Part shown: positions 10,065-19,097 of the stretch, piece after piece | Layout of the letters: every line of letters begins with the position of its first letter | Position numbering within the stretch: position 1 is the first letter of the stretch | Virus record (IMG/VR): IMGVR_UViG_3300014204_000019 | Strand: one strand, 5' to 3' | Source: an uncultured virus (IMG/VR IMGVR_UViG_3300014204_000019) | Taxonomy: Duplodnaviria > Heunggongvirae > Uroviricota > Caudoviricetes | DNA length: 64,000 bases | Position numbers and translations under genes: made by a program | The notes under the pieces: model-generated | Databases searched by the model: none | Seen by the model: only the letters and a program-made list of their open reading frames with translations | What the model was told of the DNA's origin: nothing

Positions 10065-10529
10065 GTGACATTTTCATATACTTGCCGACCGGCTACTAAT
10101 AAACTTGATGAGATGAGATTTCTTTTATCTGATAAGGATGAAGAAACTCATCTCATCGAGGATGAGGAACTTCAATATTTAATGTTGAAGTATGGTGATA
10201 ACGTTGATGTCGATAACGTTAATATAAATGCTGCGTGTGCCGCGGCGTGTGATATTATGGCATCAACATGGGCACGAAAACAAACAATTCGTGTAAGCAA
10301 TTATAATAGTGAAGTTGATAATGTTTTTATAAAACTTATTGAACGTGGAAAAATGTTCCGTCGGAATGCGGTAACAACGGAGCATTTTGTAGTACCTTCA
10401 ATAAGTGTAACGGATAAACAAACGAATATAGATGATAGTGATGCTACGGATGCATCATTTAAAAGAAATCTATTTGACAATCCGCAGGCTCCTTCAGATC
10501 CATATGAGGAAGCTAATACTTTAACGTAA
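10065..10529 (+). CDS. head-tail connector protein
   Basis: EMRFLLSD.....IEDEELQYL pattern; position after capsid. Confidence 0.6.
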   Translation: MTFSYTCRPATNKLDEMRFLLSDKDEETHLIEDEELQYLMLKYGDNVDVDNVNINAACAAACDIMASTWARKQTIRVSNYNSEVDNVFIKLIERGKMFRRNAVTTEHFVVPSISVTDKQTNIDDSDATDASFKRNLFDNPQAPSDPYEEANTLT

Positions 10530-10564
10530 TTTATTATCGTATTCCGAGGGATTGGTATAACATC

Positions 10565-11086
10565 ATGTCTAGTATTTTTGTTATCTCTGATGTTGATACA
10601 AAATACGCTAATCGTTTCATTCGAAAACGTGCGTTAAAAGTTATAAAAGAAATCCTAGATGGACAAGTTATTAGATATGGTTGGGATGAATCTAATAATG
10701 ATGAGGGTAGTGGTGTTATACTTACGGCGAGAAATAGAATTATCGACGGGAATAACCTTAATCCAAAGCATCTTCCACTTTTATCTATATTACCAGCTCC
10801 TCATACTATAACAGTTGGTCTACTAGGTACGATGCGAGATTCAACGTATCGTATCGCAATTCAAGGTTTCGTTGCAAGACGTTCTAATTCTGAAGAGTTA
10901 ATCGACGCAGCAGAAGATGTAATAGAAGTGATAACAAATCTTTTGACGTTAGAAGAGAATGTACAAAAGATGTTTTCAGCTTATTTTTCTATAGTAGAGA
11001 TGGGTCCAATACTCGACGAACAATACGATGTTGATGGAAATATCGCTTATATAAGTATACCTTTAGCGGTTCAATTTGTAGAGTAA
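10565..11086 (+). CDS. tail terminator/completion protein (putative)
   Basis: size, LPLLSI motif, alternating beta pattern, position before tail tube. Confidence 0.5.
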   Translation: MSSIFVISDVDTKYANRFIRKRALKVIKEILDGQVIRYGWDESNNDEGSGVILTARNRIIDGNNLNPKHLPLLSILPAPHTITVGLLGTMRDSTYRIAIQGFVARRSNSEELIDAAEDVIEVITNLLTLEENVQKMFSAYFSIVEMGPILDEQYDVDGNIAYISIPLAVQFVE

Positions 11087-11102
11087 AATAGCGTAGAAAA
11101 TT

Positions 11103-11774
11103 ATGCCAAAAGCTTTTAACTTTGCTTCTTTAAATTTATCATCCTCAAATTTATACTCATCTTCCGAAGTATTGCTGCCTGCATTAAAATTAGTTGTTCC
11201 AGTATGGTTAGATTATGTTTCTGAATTAATTGTAGCGTCCGCTAAAAATTACGCTTCACGATTTGGTTCAGCAAACAGAAAGTTTTGGATTACTAAACAT
11301 TCATCGGGAACAACGTATGAATGTAATATATATTGTTCAGGACAATTTGTAAATACTACCGCGTTTGATTTAGAGTTTCGCGTTCCTGCTGGTGGTTTTA
11401 AATATGGTGATATAGATCCTTTAACTGGTGAACAATTTCCAGGTGGCACCAGTAAACATGGATCATATATCACTTTGGAAAATAAACCTGAATTTGAAGG
11501 TGAAAACGTAAAAGCGGTAAGTCGTTCTTATAGTAAACAATCAGGTAGAATAATTAAAAAAGCTGGATTTTTCTCTCAAGCGATTCGTAAAAATATCGGA
11601 GAGGGTATTCTTTTAAGTGATGTTGGAAAAAATAACCTCCAACTTTTAGGATATCATCTTGCTAGAGAAATCACACAAAATATGTCGCATATTATTAAAA
11701 GAGAAATCGAAAGTTTGGGTTTAGGTTATACTGTTTTTATTGGTCCTATACAGACTGTTACAATTGAATCATAA
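11103..11774 (+). CDS. neck/tail completion protein (putative)
   Basis: synteny only. Confidence 0.4.
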   Translation: MPKAFNFASLNLSSSNLYSSSEVLLPALKLVVPVWLDYVSELIVASAKNYASRFGSANRKFWITKHSSGTTYECNIYCSGQFVNTTAFDLEFRVPAGGFKYGDIDPLTGEQFPGGTSKHGSYITLENKPEFEGENVKAVSRSYSKQSGRIIKKAGFFSQAIRKNIGEGILLSDVGKNNLQLLGYHLAREITQNMSHIIKREIESLGLGYTVFIGPIQTVTIES

Positions 11775-11814
11775 GATTTTAATATAATAGAATACAATAA
11801 AAAATGGCAAAAAT

Positions 11815-12105
11815 ATGATAACAATCGTTCGTAAAAAAAATAAAAATATCTCTTGGATACGGAATGCATTATTTTATAAGGAATTTCCCGTAGATGAATT
11901 TGAATTTGCGATTCCTTCACTCTCTTGGATGGTATATCTATGTGACAATTTTGATTTAATTGAAGCGACTGATGCAGACGGTAAACCTTTAGATTTAACT
12001 GGTGTTAAAGGTTGTTGTGGAAGTTATGCTAAATTAAATTTAAATTTAAGCATAAAAACAAAAAGCAATATTAAAAATCCAGTCGATAAATTTTCAGAAA
12101 AATAA
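11815..12105 (+). CDS. hypothetical protein
   Basis: 96 aa ORF in tail module. Confidence 0.5.
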   Translation: MITIVRKKNKNISWIRNALFYKEFPVDEFEFAIPSLSWMVYLCDNFDLIEATDADGKPLDLTGVKGCCGSYAKLNLNLSIKTKSNIKNPVDKFSEK

Positions 12106-12148
12106 GAAAACAAAGAAAACGAAGAAAAAAATAGGAGTATAAAATAAA

Positions 12149-13213
12149 ATGACTCTTGCACGTAGACCTCAATGTACAAAATTTTATGCATCGTTTTATA
12201 TTGAAACCTCGTATGGAAATGCGTTTAATGATTCCGCCATAACGAAATGGTTTGCACCAAATGATCCGGTGCTTTTTGAGATACCACAAACTCGTGAAGA
12301 TGATGCTGATATTATAAAAGGATATGAATTTCCTTATGATACTGATGCTGATGTTATTGTGGCACAAGATGTATCTGCGCCTATAACATTCCGTGGTTAT
12401 TTGAATATTTTAGGCTGGATGTTTTCTTTAATTTCTGGTACAGATACTGTAGTAAATTCTGCACCAAATTATGCACATACACATAAAATACAAGATGCTT
12501 GCGTAAACGATCAACCACCTTCAACAAATGTTGTTGCGGTATTTGCCAATGACACAGCATCGTACTATAAATTTAAGGGTGTTTGTCTTGGTGAATTAAA
12601 AATAGTTGTAGATAAACCTGGTGTTGCTATTGTTACGGGTACACTAGTTGGGGATGGTACTGTAACATTAGATAATACATTCTCCGGCTCTTCTACCTTA
12701 GCGAATGTTGATGTTATTTCTGGTGTTGATGTAGGATCTGCGTATGGTGGAGATTTTAAACAAGGACCATATGGAGGTTCTCTTGTGTCATATAAATCAT
12801 TATTTATGGGCGCAGAATTTACTATAAATAATGGTTTAGACATCGCAGACGGTAGATTGAATTTTGCTGCGAATGCAAAATATCTTGGTTCTTTACGTTT
12901 CGGAAAAAGGTCTGTCGCTTTAACTGTCAAAGTGCAGGGCCATCAAGGCGATTTGTTTTGGCAAGCTTATCTTGCTAAAACTAAACTTGATGTTCAACTT
13001 ACTATTGCGAAAAGCGCAACGAGAAGTATTGATATACGAATACAAAAGTGTACAATAGCTTCTATTAAAGAATCATTTAACGGGATACGAGATCAGAATG
13101 AAATAACATACAAAGCGTACTTCGAGGATACTGGTAGTATAAATTCACCATGGGTTGTTACTATACTTAACGGTGATGCTGCATATTTGTTACCAATAAC
13201 ACCAGGGATGTAA
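12149..13213 (+). CDS. major tail tube protein
   Basis: 354 aa beta-rich; IETSYG near N-terminus, AEFTINNGL; precedes chaperone and tape measure; AGGAG RBS. Confidence 0.78.
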   Translation: MTLARRPQCTKFYASFYIETSYGNAFNDSAITKWFAPNDPVLFEIPQTREDDADIIKGYEFPYDTDADVIVAQDVSAPITFRGYLNILGWMFSLISGTDTVVNSAPNYAHTHKIQDACVNDQPPSTNVVAVFANDTASYYKFKGVCLGELKIVVDKPGVAIVTGTLVGDGTVTLDNTFSGSSTLANVDVISGVDVGSAYGGDFKQGPYGGSLVSYKSLFMGAEFTINNGLDIADGRLNFAANAKYLGSLRFGKRSVALTVKVQGHQGDLFWQAYLAKTKLDVQLTIAKSATRSIDIRIQKCTIASIKESFNGIRDQNEITYKAYFEDTGSINSPWVVTILNGDAAYLLPITPGM

Positions 13214-13304
13214 AAAACACAATAAAATGTTGTGTTTGTTGTAATAAGATAAAAATAACGGCAGGCTTTTAACTTAATCAAATTAAAAAAATAGGAGAAC
13301 AAAA

Positions 13305-13724
13305 ATGGGCTTTAAGGTAAATAAGACTATTTCCGCGGAAAAAACAGAAGAGATTATCATCCCACTAAATGTAAACGTAATGTACGAAGATGATACATTA
13401 AAGGAAGGTGAAGAAAAACCATCTTCTCTGGAAGTTTTTCATGTTATGAGAATTCCTACAATACAAGAACGTGAAAAACAACAACAAATGTTAATCAAAG
13501 TCCGCGGGAATAATATTAAAACGGCTGGAAGCGCGGAAGCATGGTTTTGGCTGTGGAAACAATGTATGATACGACTTGAAGGTTATGACGAACTTCCAGC
13601 CGAACGTGGTCTTATAATAAAATTATTTGAAGAATCAACACTTCTACACATTCATGCAGAGAATGCTGCTGTAGCTTTACTTAATCATATTAATGGTTCG
13701 GAGGGCGAAATAGGAAAAAAATAA
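13305..13724 (+). CDS. tail assembly chaperone (gpG-like)
   Basis: between tail tube and tape measure; ends in GGA AAA AAA TAA slippery site. Confidence 0.8.
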   Translation: MGFKVNKTISAEKTEEIIIPLNVNVMYEDDTLKEGEEKPSSLEVFHVMRIPTIQEREKQQQMLIKVRGNNIKTAGSAEAWFWLWKQCMIRLEGYDELPAERGLIIKLFEESTLLHIHAENAAVALLNHINGSEGEIGKK

Positions 13725-14101
13725 GAGCGATCTTTCGTGCAATTATCTGGTATATGGATGATCGCGATCCAATGGAAGGTGACGAACTTCGAGCAATATT
13801 TAATGGTTACTCTGAAGACGAACTAGATGAAGTATTACAGGAGCCGAATAATGCATTCCTTGATGAGGTGATAGAAAAGTTTGATTGTGAAGACTTATTA
13901 CCTCTAGCAGGAAGGATTATTCGGCTTTCGTCTATTAAGGAAGCATTGGGATATATTCCAGATAATCTTATCCCAGTAGATTACGAAGAACTTCAGTATT
14001 TATTGATATATCATGAAGAACAGAATAAAAAGATGGCATATGAGAATTGGAAAATGCAACAGAATAATAAGCGGCAACAGAATAATTTAGATAATAGATA
14101 A
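13715..14101 (+). CDS. tail assembly chaperone -1 frameshift extension (gpGT-like)
   Basis: A AAA AAA at 13715-13721; the -1 frame is open (ATA AGA GCG ATC...) into ORF 13754..14101. Confidence 0.78.
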   Translation, partial: KKIRAIFRAIIWYMDDRDPMEGDELRAIFNGYSEDELDEVLQEPNNAFLDEVIEKFDCEDLLPLAGRIIRLSSIKEALGYIPDNLIPVDYEELQYLLIYHEEQNKKMAYENWKMQQNNKRQQNNLDNR

Positions 14102-14164
14102 TGTTGAGTTTACAAATACAAAATGATATTTCTTTTGAATATACTTCAGGCATTATGAGATTAT

Positions 14165-17100
14165 ATGTCAACTAGTCAGTCTGTTTTCATTAATATTGTA
14201 GTTAAAGGTTCTGGTAATATTGATACTAAAAATATTACTGGACCTTTAAGTGCAACGCAAAAAGAAATAACAAATATTAATTCGAGTATTAACGCTACAA
14301 CAGCAGCGACTGCTCGTGCAGCTAAAAAAGCCGCCGAGGACAAACTTGCGCTTACTCAATATACCGCAAACGCAGAAAATAAATTAAGAGATACTCAAGT
14401 CATTAATATTAATAAAATGCAGATGGCGCAAATTAATGCTTCACAACGCGCTGCAAACGAAGCATATTCATTAATGCAATATACCGCGAAGCAAGAAGAT
14501 CATTTAAGAAGTTCTCAACTTGCAGCTACAGAAAGAGCGCTGCGTACTGAGCAGGCTATACGACAACGCGCTGCAAATGACGCATTAGGTATAACACAAT
14601 ATACTGCAAAACAAGAGGATAAATTGCGTAACGCGCAGATTATTGCAGCAGAGAAAGCTTTACGCGCAGAGCAGGTATTACGACAACGTGCTGCAAATGA
14701 TTCTTTGGGTTTATTACAGTATACTGCAAAACAAGAGGATAAGTTACGCACAGCACGTATACATGAAGAAGAACGTGCTGCACGACAAGCTGCGGCTGCG
14801 GTTGCAAAACCTTCCGCTTTCACTAATTTCATAATGCGTGAAGTAAATACATTAGTTAAAGCAGTAACATCTATGATTGGTATTATGCTATTGTTTACTG
14901 CGATTGTTACAATACCAGAGTTACTTATAAAAGGTTTTATCGCGTTAACGCAAGCTATAATAACATCTGCGGATGCGGCACAACAGTTACAAATAACATT
15001 TGCTGCGTTAATTGCATCTAATATGGATTTTGGTAAAAGCGCAACAGAGAATTTTAAAGCCGCACAGGGATGGGCAAAACGTGTTTATTTAGATTTTGTA
15101 TTATTGTCAACAGAGAGTCTTGCTACACCAAAAGAATTAGGTGTAGCATATCAATCATTTCTAGCTGCTGGTGGCGCTGGAATGGTGAAAAATCTCGATG
15201 AACAAGTAAAATTAACTGGACTTTTAGCAAACGCTATATTAACACTTACAGGAAGAGTGCAAACAGAACGTCAATTATTTACAGAAATGAATGCACTTCT
15301 TGAAGGACAATTGCGTGCTGGTAGCCAATTATCTCGTTTTGTTAAAAGCCAGGTTGGAGATTTATCATCTTGGATAACACATATCAAAGCTTCAAAAAAT
15401 GGTTTAGAAGAATTTACTAAAGTTTTAGCTCCATTTAGAGAAGCTGGTGAAGCACAAGGAAAAACTTTTACAGGTTTAATCACTACGATAAAAGGTTTAG
15501 TTGAAGCTTTAAATTTAGCGGCGACTCAAAATAGTGCATTATCTTATATTACAGATGCATTAACAAAAGTACGTGATATTCTTAGAACTACAGTAAAAGA
15601 ACTTACTTCCGTAGGAGGAAACTTAGAAGCGTTATCACCTGCATCCCGGAGTATAGTAAATGCATTCGCTAACATAAGTGGTATTATTGAAGGCGTTACT
15701 GTCTTTTTAAGTAAAGCGGTTGGTTTAGCGATTGATTTAAATAACCCGGCGGCATCTGTTGAAAATATAACTAAAAAAATGGTTACTTATACCGCTATCT
15801 TGGTAACACAGATACAAGAAATATATGATATAATTAAAAATATAATCGGTCCGGTAAAGGTTATTCTTAGTACATTATGGGAAATCGGCGGATTTATCAA
15901 AATGTTGATAGTTTCTGCCGGATTACTTATTGCTACACTTTATGGTTCTCCGGAAGAGCGGTTAGCCGCATTAAATATTATAAAAAAAGATTTTATGAAT
16001 TCGCTTAGAGATATAGGAAACGCTGCTATGGATAAACCATCAGATGTTTTCTCTGAGCGTCTTAAAAAGAATCTTTCTATAATAGAAGATGCGATAAAAA
16101 GATCACAGGAAAGTTTAAGACAAGGTTTTACACCTTTTATCGGACCTTTACCTGAAGCAAAAATACGCCCTGAGCAATTAGAGGGTCAACAATTAAGCGC
16201 ATATCAGAAGTTAGAGAGTGAATTACGTATTATAAATAGCGATGGTAATGCGTTTATAAAAATTATCGAACACCAAAAAGAAAAAGCAATACAATTAGAG
16301 AATACGTTCGCGAAATATCCACAACATTTGGCTTCTGCGTTATCTTTACATAATCAAATAACTAAAGCATTAATAACACAAGAGAAAATAAAAGAACAAC
16401 GCTCAATTGATGTTGAAACGCAAAAACTTATAAATCAATATGATGTTCTTATAAGTAGAAGCGATGATTTGGTTAAACTTCAAGCTGATTATAATGAGCA
16501 GGTTGATGCGCTTATGTTAAAATATAGACATTCGTATCAAGCAGACGCACTTGCAATACAATTAGATTTATTAAAGAAAATATATACACAAGAGAAAATA
16601 AACATTGAACAGCGTATCGCTGATGAGCAACATAAAGCTATAACCGATCGTTATGAAGCAGAAAACAATTTGATTCTTTCTATAACAGATCAGCTTAAAG
16701 GTTTATATAATGAGGCTGTAGGTGCGAGTATATCTGCGGTTGCTGACGTCGAGAATAAAATAAGTTTAATTTTAGAGAAAATAACCGACGATATAATGAG
16801 GGTTGCTCCGAGAGTCGAGGGATTATTTAGTCAAATAAAATCGCGACTAGATAGTACGTTCTCTGCAATGAGAAGTGCGGCGGTTTTTAAAGATTTTATT
16901 ACAAATTCTACAATAATGGTGGATAAATTAAGAGATTCTTCTTCTGTTCTTGCTATGGCGAAAGAAGATTATCTTAATTATAATGGATCTTTAAAACAAG
17001 TAAGAGAGTCATTAAGTTCACTGTCTAGAACATTGAAAGAGAGTGAACAACTACGTGAATTCTTACAAGCGGGATTAAACTCTGGTGCTTTCAAAGGGAC

Positions 17101-17881
17101 AGCCGCAAAAAATATCGAAAAACAAATAAAAGATATAGACGCTGCAATGCGTCAAGGTAAAAAATCTATTGATGAATACTCTCGCGTAACGTTATATTTG
17201 CAAGATATTATGAAACGTGGTGAAGCAGCATTAAATTCATATGCCACTGGTAGCATGAAAGCCATTACATTTCTTAGAGAAGCATTAAAAAATCTTGCCG
17301 CGACAATGTCAAATGATGTGGCTGGTGGTATTACATCGATGTTTAACGCATTTTTTCAGGGGCAAAGTGTATTAAAAGCTTTTGGTGGTTGGATAGGACA
17401 GATACTTGTGCAATTAGGACAATTGTGTGTTACCACAGGAATTGCTGAAATGGCGCTTGCTATGACGTTATCGGGAAGATTAATGGGTGCAAGTTTAGAA
17501 CGTGGATTAATATTGTTAGGTGTTGGAATAGCCACTATAGCAGCAGGGGCCGCTCTTGGAGCCGCTGGAAGTGGTAGTGCAGGCGCAAAAATGAACGCTG
17601 GAGCTGGCGGAGATAATAATAACACAACACCAATATACGTAAATAATAACAGTATAGCAGCGCAGCAAGGTATACAACAAGCATTAATACAAAACACTCA
17701 AGTAATGAATTCTTTAAATAATGAAGTTTCAAGATTAAGTAAAGAGGATGGGAATACTTTGGTGTCTAATGCTGTGAGAAGTAATCCATCTTCCGTATTG
17801 ACACCTTTAGCGAACAAAGTACGTTCGTCGTATGAGTGGCAAAAGAAATTTGGTTCTGCTATGGTTGGGGTTACGGTTTAA
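14165..17881 (+). CDS. tail tape measure protein
   Basis: 1238 aa, Ala/Gln-rich helical, 40-aa repeats, hydrophobic segments; follows the frameshifted chaperone. Confidence 0.9.
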   Translation: MSTSQSVFINIVVKGSGNIDTKNITGPLSATQKEITNINSSINATTAATARAAKKAAEDKLALTQYTANAENKLRDTQVININKMQMAQINASQRAANEAYSLMQYTAKQEDHLRSSQLAATERALRTEQAIRQRAANDALGITQYTAKQEDKLRNAQIIAAEKALRAEQVLRQRAANDSLGLLQYTAKQEDKLRTARIHEEERAARQAAAAVAKPSAFTNFIMREVNTLVKAVTSMIGIMLLFTAIVTIPELLIKGFIALTQAIITSADAAQQLQITFAALIASNMDFGKSATENFKAAQGWAKRVYLDFVLLSTESLATPKELGVAYQSFLAAGGAGMVKNLDEQVKLTGLLANAILTLTGRVQTERQLFTEMNALLEGQLRAGSQLSRFVKSQVGDLSSWITHIKASKNGLEEFTKVLAPFREAGEAQGKTFTGLITTIKGLVEALNLAATQNSALSYITDALTKVRDILRTTVKELTSVGGNLEALSPASRSIVNAFANISGIIEGVTVFLSKAVGLAIDLNNPAASVENITKKMVTYTAILVTQIQEIYDIIKNIIGPVKVILSTLWEIGGFIKMLIVSAGLLIATLYGSPEERLAALNIIKKDFMNSLRDIGNAAMDKPSDVFSERLKKNLSIIEDAIKRSQESLRQGFTPFIGPLPEAKIRPEQLEGQQLSAYQKLESELRIINSDGNAFIKIIEHQKEKAIQLENTFAKYPQHLASALSLHNQITKALITQEKIKEQRSIDVETQKLINQYDVLISRSDDLVKLQADYNEQVDALMLKYRHSYQADALAIQLDLLKKIYTQEKINIEQRIADEQHKAITDRYEAENNLILSITDQLKGLYNEAVGASISAVADVENKISLILEKITDDIMRVAPRVEGLFSQIKSRLDSTFSAMRSAAVFKDFITNSTIMVDKLRDSSSVLAMAKEDYLNYNGSLKQVRESLSSLSRTLKESEQLREFLQAGLNSGAFKGTAAKNIEKQIKDIDAAMRQGKKSIDEYSRVTLYLQDIMKRGEAALNSYATGSMKAITFLREALKNLAATMSNDVAGGITSMFNAFFQGQSVLKAFGGWIGQILVQLGQLCVTTGIAEMALAMTLSGRLMGASLERGLILLGVGIATIAAGAALGAAGSGSAGAKMNAGAGGDNNNTTPIYVNNNSIAAQQGIQQALIQNTQVMNSLNNEVSRLSKEDGNTLVSNAVRSNPSSVLTPLANKVRSSYEWQKKFGSAMVGVTV
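14350..14780 (+). repeat. 120-nt (40-aa) tandem repeat in the tape measure gene, about 4 units
   Basis: QRAAN at 14444, 14564, 14684; QYTAKQEDKLR repeated. Confidence 0.85.
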
Positions 17882-17921
17882 AAAAAATAAAAAAAACCAT
17901 ATAATGTTTATTTAAAATTTT

Positions 17922-19079
17922 ATGACAATCCCAGTTCTACCATATATTCCGTCGATGGGAATAAAACATTCTCTTGTACGTCAATTTATATCTAATCCTA
18001 TGAATGATGGATATATAATTGAGAATTCCGCGGATTTGGCGTATCCGCATTCTGATGGAACTGCAAATATTAGTATATACCCGGGGCAGAATCGTTTTGA
18101 GATTGGTTTTAAACGAACATTATACGGTTCAGGACAATTAGCTAACCTTTTATGGGATTTTTTTCTTACACGTCTTGATAATATAAACGAACCATTCTAT
18201 TTCTATAATTGTCCAATAGAACGTGCAACACCAGATTTAACTGGTGTTGATACGGTTGGAAGATACTTTGTAAAACTAGAAGACCCAAATCAAGTGTTAA
18301 ATAGACAACTGTTTCTTTTTTGTCTCTATTCGTACTCTTTTGCTTTTATAGAGAATAAAAATCTTAATACCATCGATTATTTAGCAATCGCTCCACCGTG
18401 GTCGTATTGGAAAATGGATGAAGTAGGAAATGCTATAAGAGCAGACCAAAGTGGATATGGTAGAGATTTAACACCATCTACAGGATTACCGGAAGTAACG
18501 GAAATGGTGGGTAAAATAGGTAATAGTGTATTATTTATTGCAGATCCCGGTGGTTCAGCTGGTTTAACATTAAATAGTAAAACAATAGATTTATCCAGTA
18601 ATAAAGAAGTATTTATTTCATTCTGGTTTAAGTGGGATCGTGTAAATGTAGGTGCCGCAACAGCGATAATAATAAGTACAGGTTCTAGCGGTTTAAAGAT
18701 TTCCGCTGTAGTTGCTGTTGGTAGTAGTGCTGGTAATATTACATGCACCACACCCACTTTATCGATTGCTTCAGCAAACGTGATAACAGAAGGAAATTGG
18801 CATCTTATTCAAGTTTATTATGATGGTGAAAAGCTAGTTTTACAGATAAATAATACCTTTGATACGAATAATTTTAGTTATGTTATAGGTGATTCTAAAA
18901 TTATTTATCAAGTTTCAGATGTTTTTACTATAGCATCATTTACACCAGTAAATATCTGTAATATGCATATTGATGAATCAGGTATATGGGATGGTATTGA
19001 TGCTATTACAATGATAAATCAGAAAAAGGTGCTGTATAATAGTGGAAATGGCTTAACGTATCCGATCGTATTAGTATAA
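17922..19079 (+). CDS. minor tail protein: distal-tail-like domain plus LamG/concanavalin-like domain
   Basis: follows tape measure; SYWKMDE, FISFWFK, NWHLI, IDESGIW LamG signature. Confidence 0.7.
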   Translation: MTIPVLPYIPSMGIKHSLVRQFISNPMNDGYIIENSADLAYPHSDGTANISIYPGQNRFEIGFKRTLYGSGQLANLLWDFFLTRLDNINEPFYFYNCPIERATPDLTGVDTVGRYFVKLEDPNQVLNRQLFLFCLYSYSFAFIENKNLNTIDYLAIAPPWSYWKMDEVGNAIRADQSGYGRDLTPSTGLPEVTEMVGKIGNSVLFIADPGGSAGLTLNSKTIDLSSNKEVFISFWFKWDRVNVGAATAIIISTGSSGLKISAVVAVGSSAGNITCTTPTLSIASANVITEGNWHLIQVYYDGEKLVLQINNTFDTNNFSYVIGDSKIIYQVSDVFTIASFTPVNICNMHIDESGIWDGIDAITMINQKKVLYNSGNGLTYPIVLV

Positions 19080-19097
19080 TTTAGTACGGATAAAATA

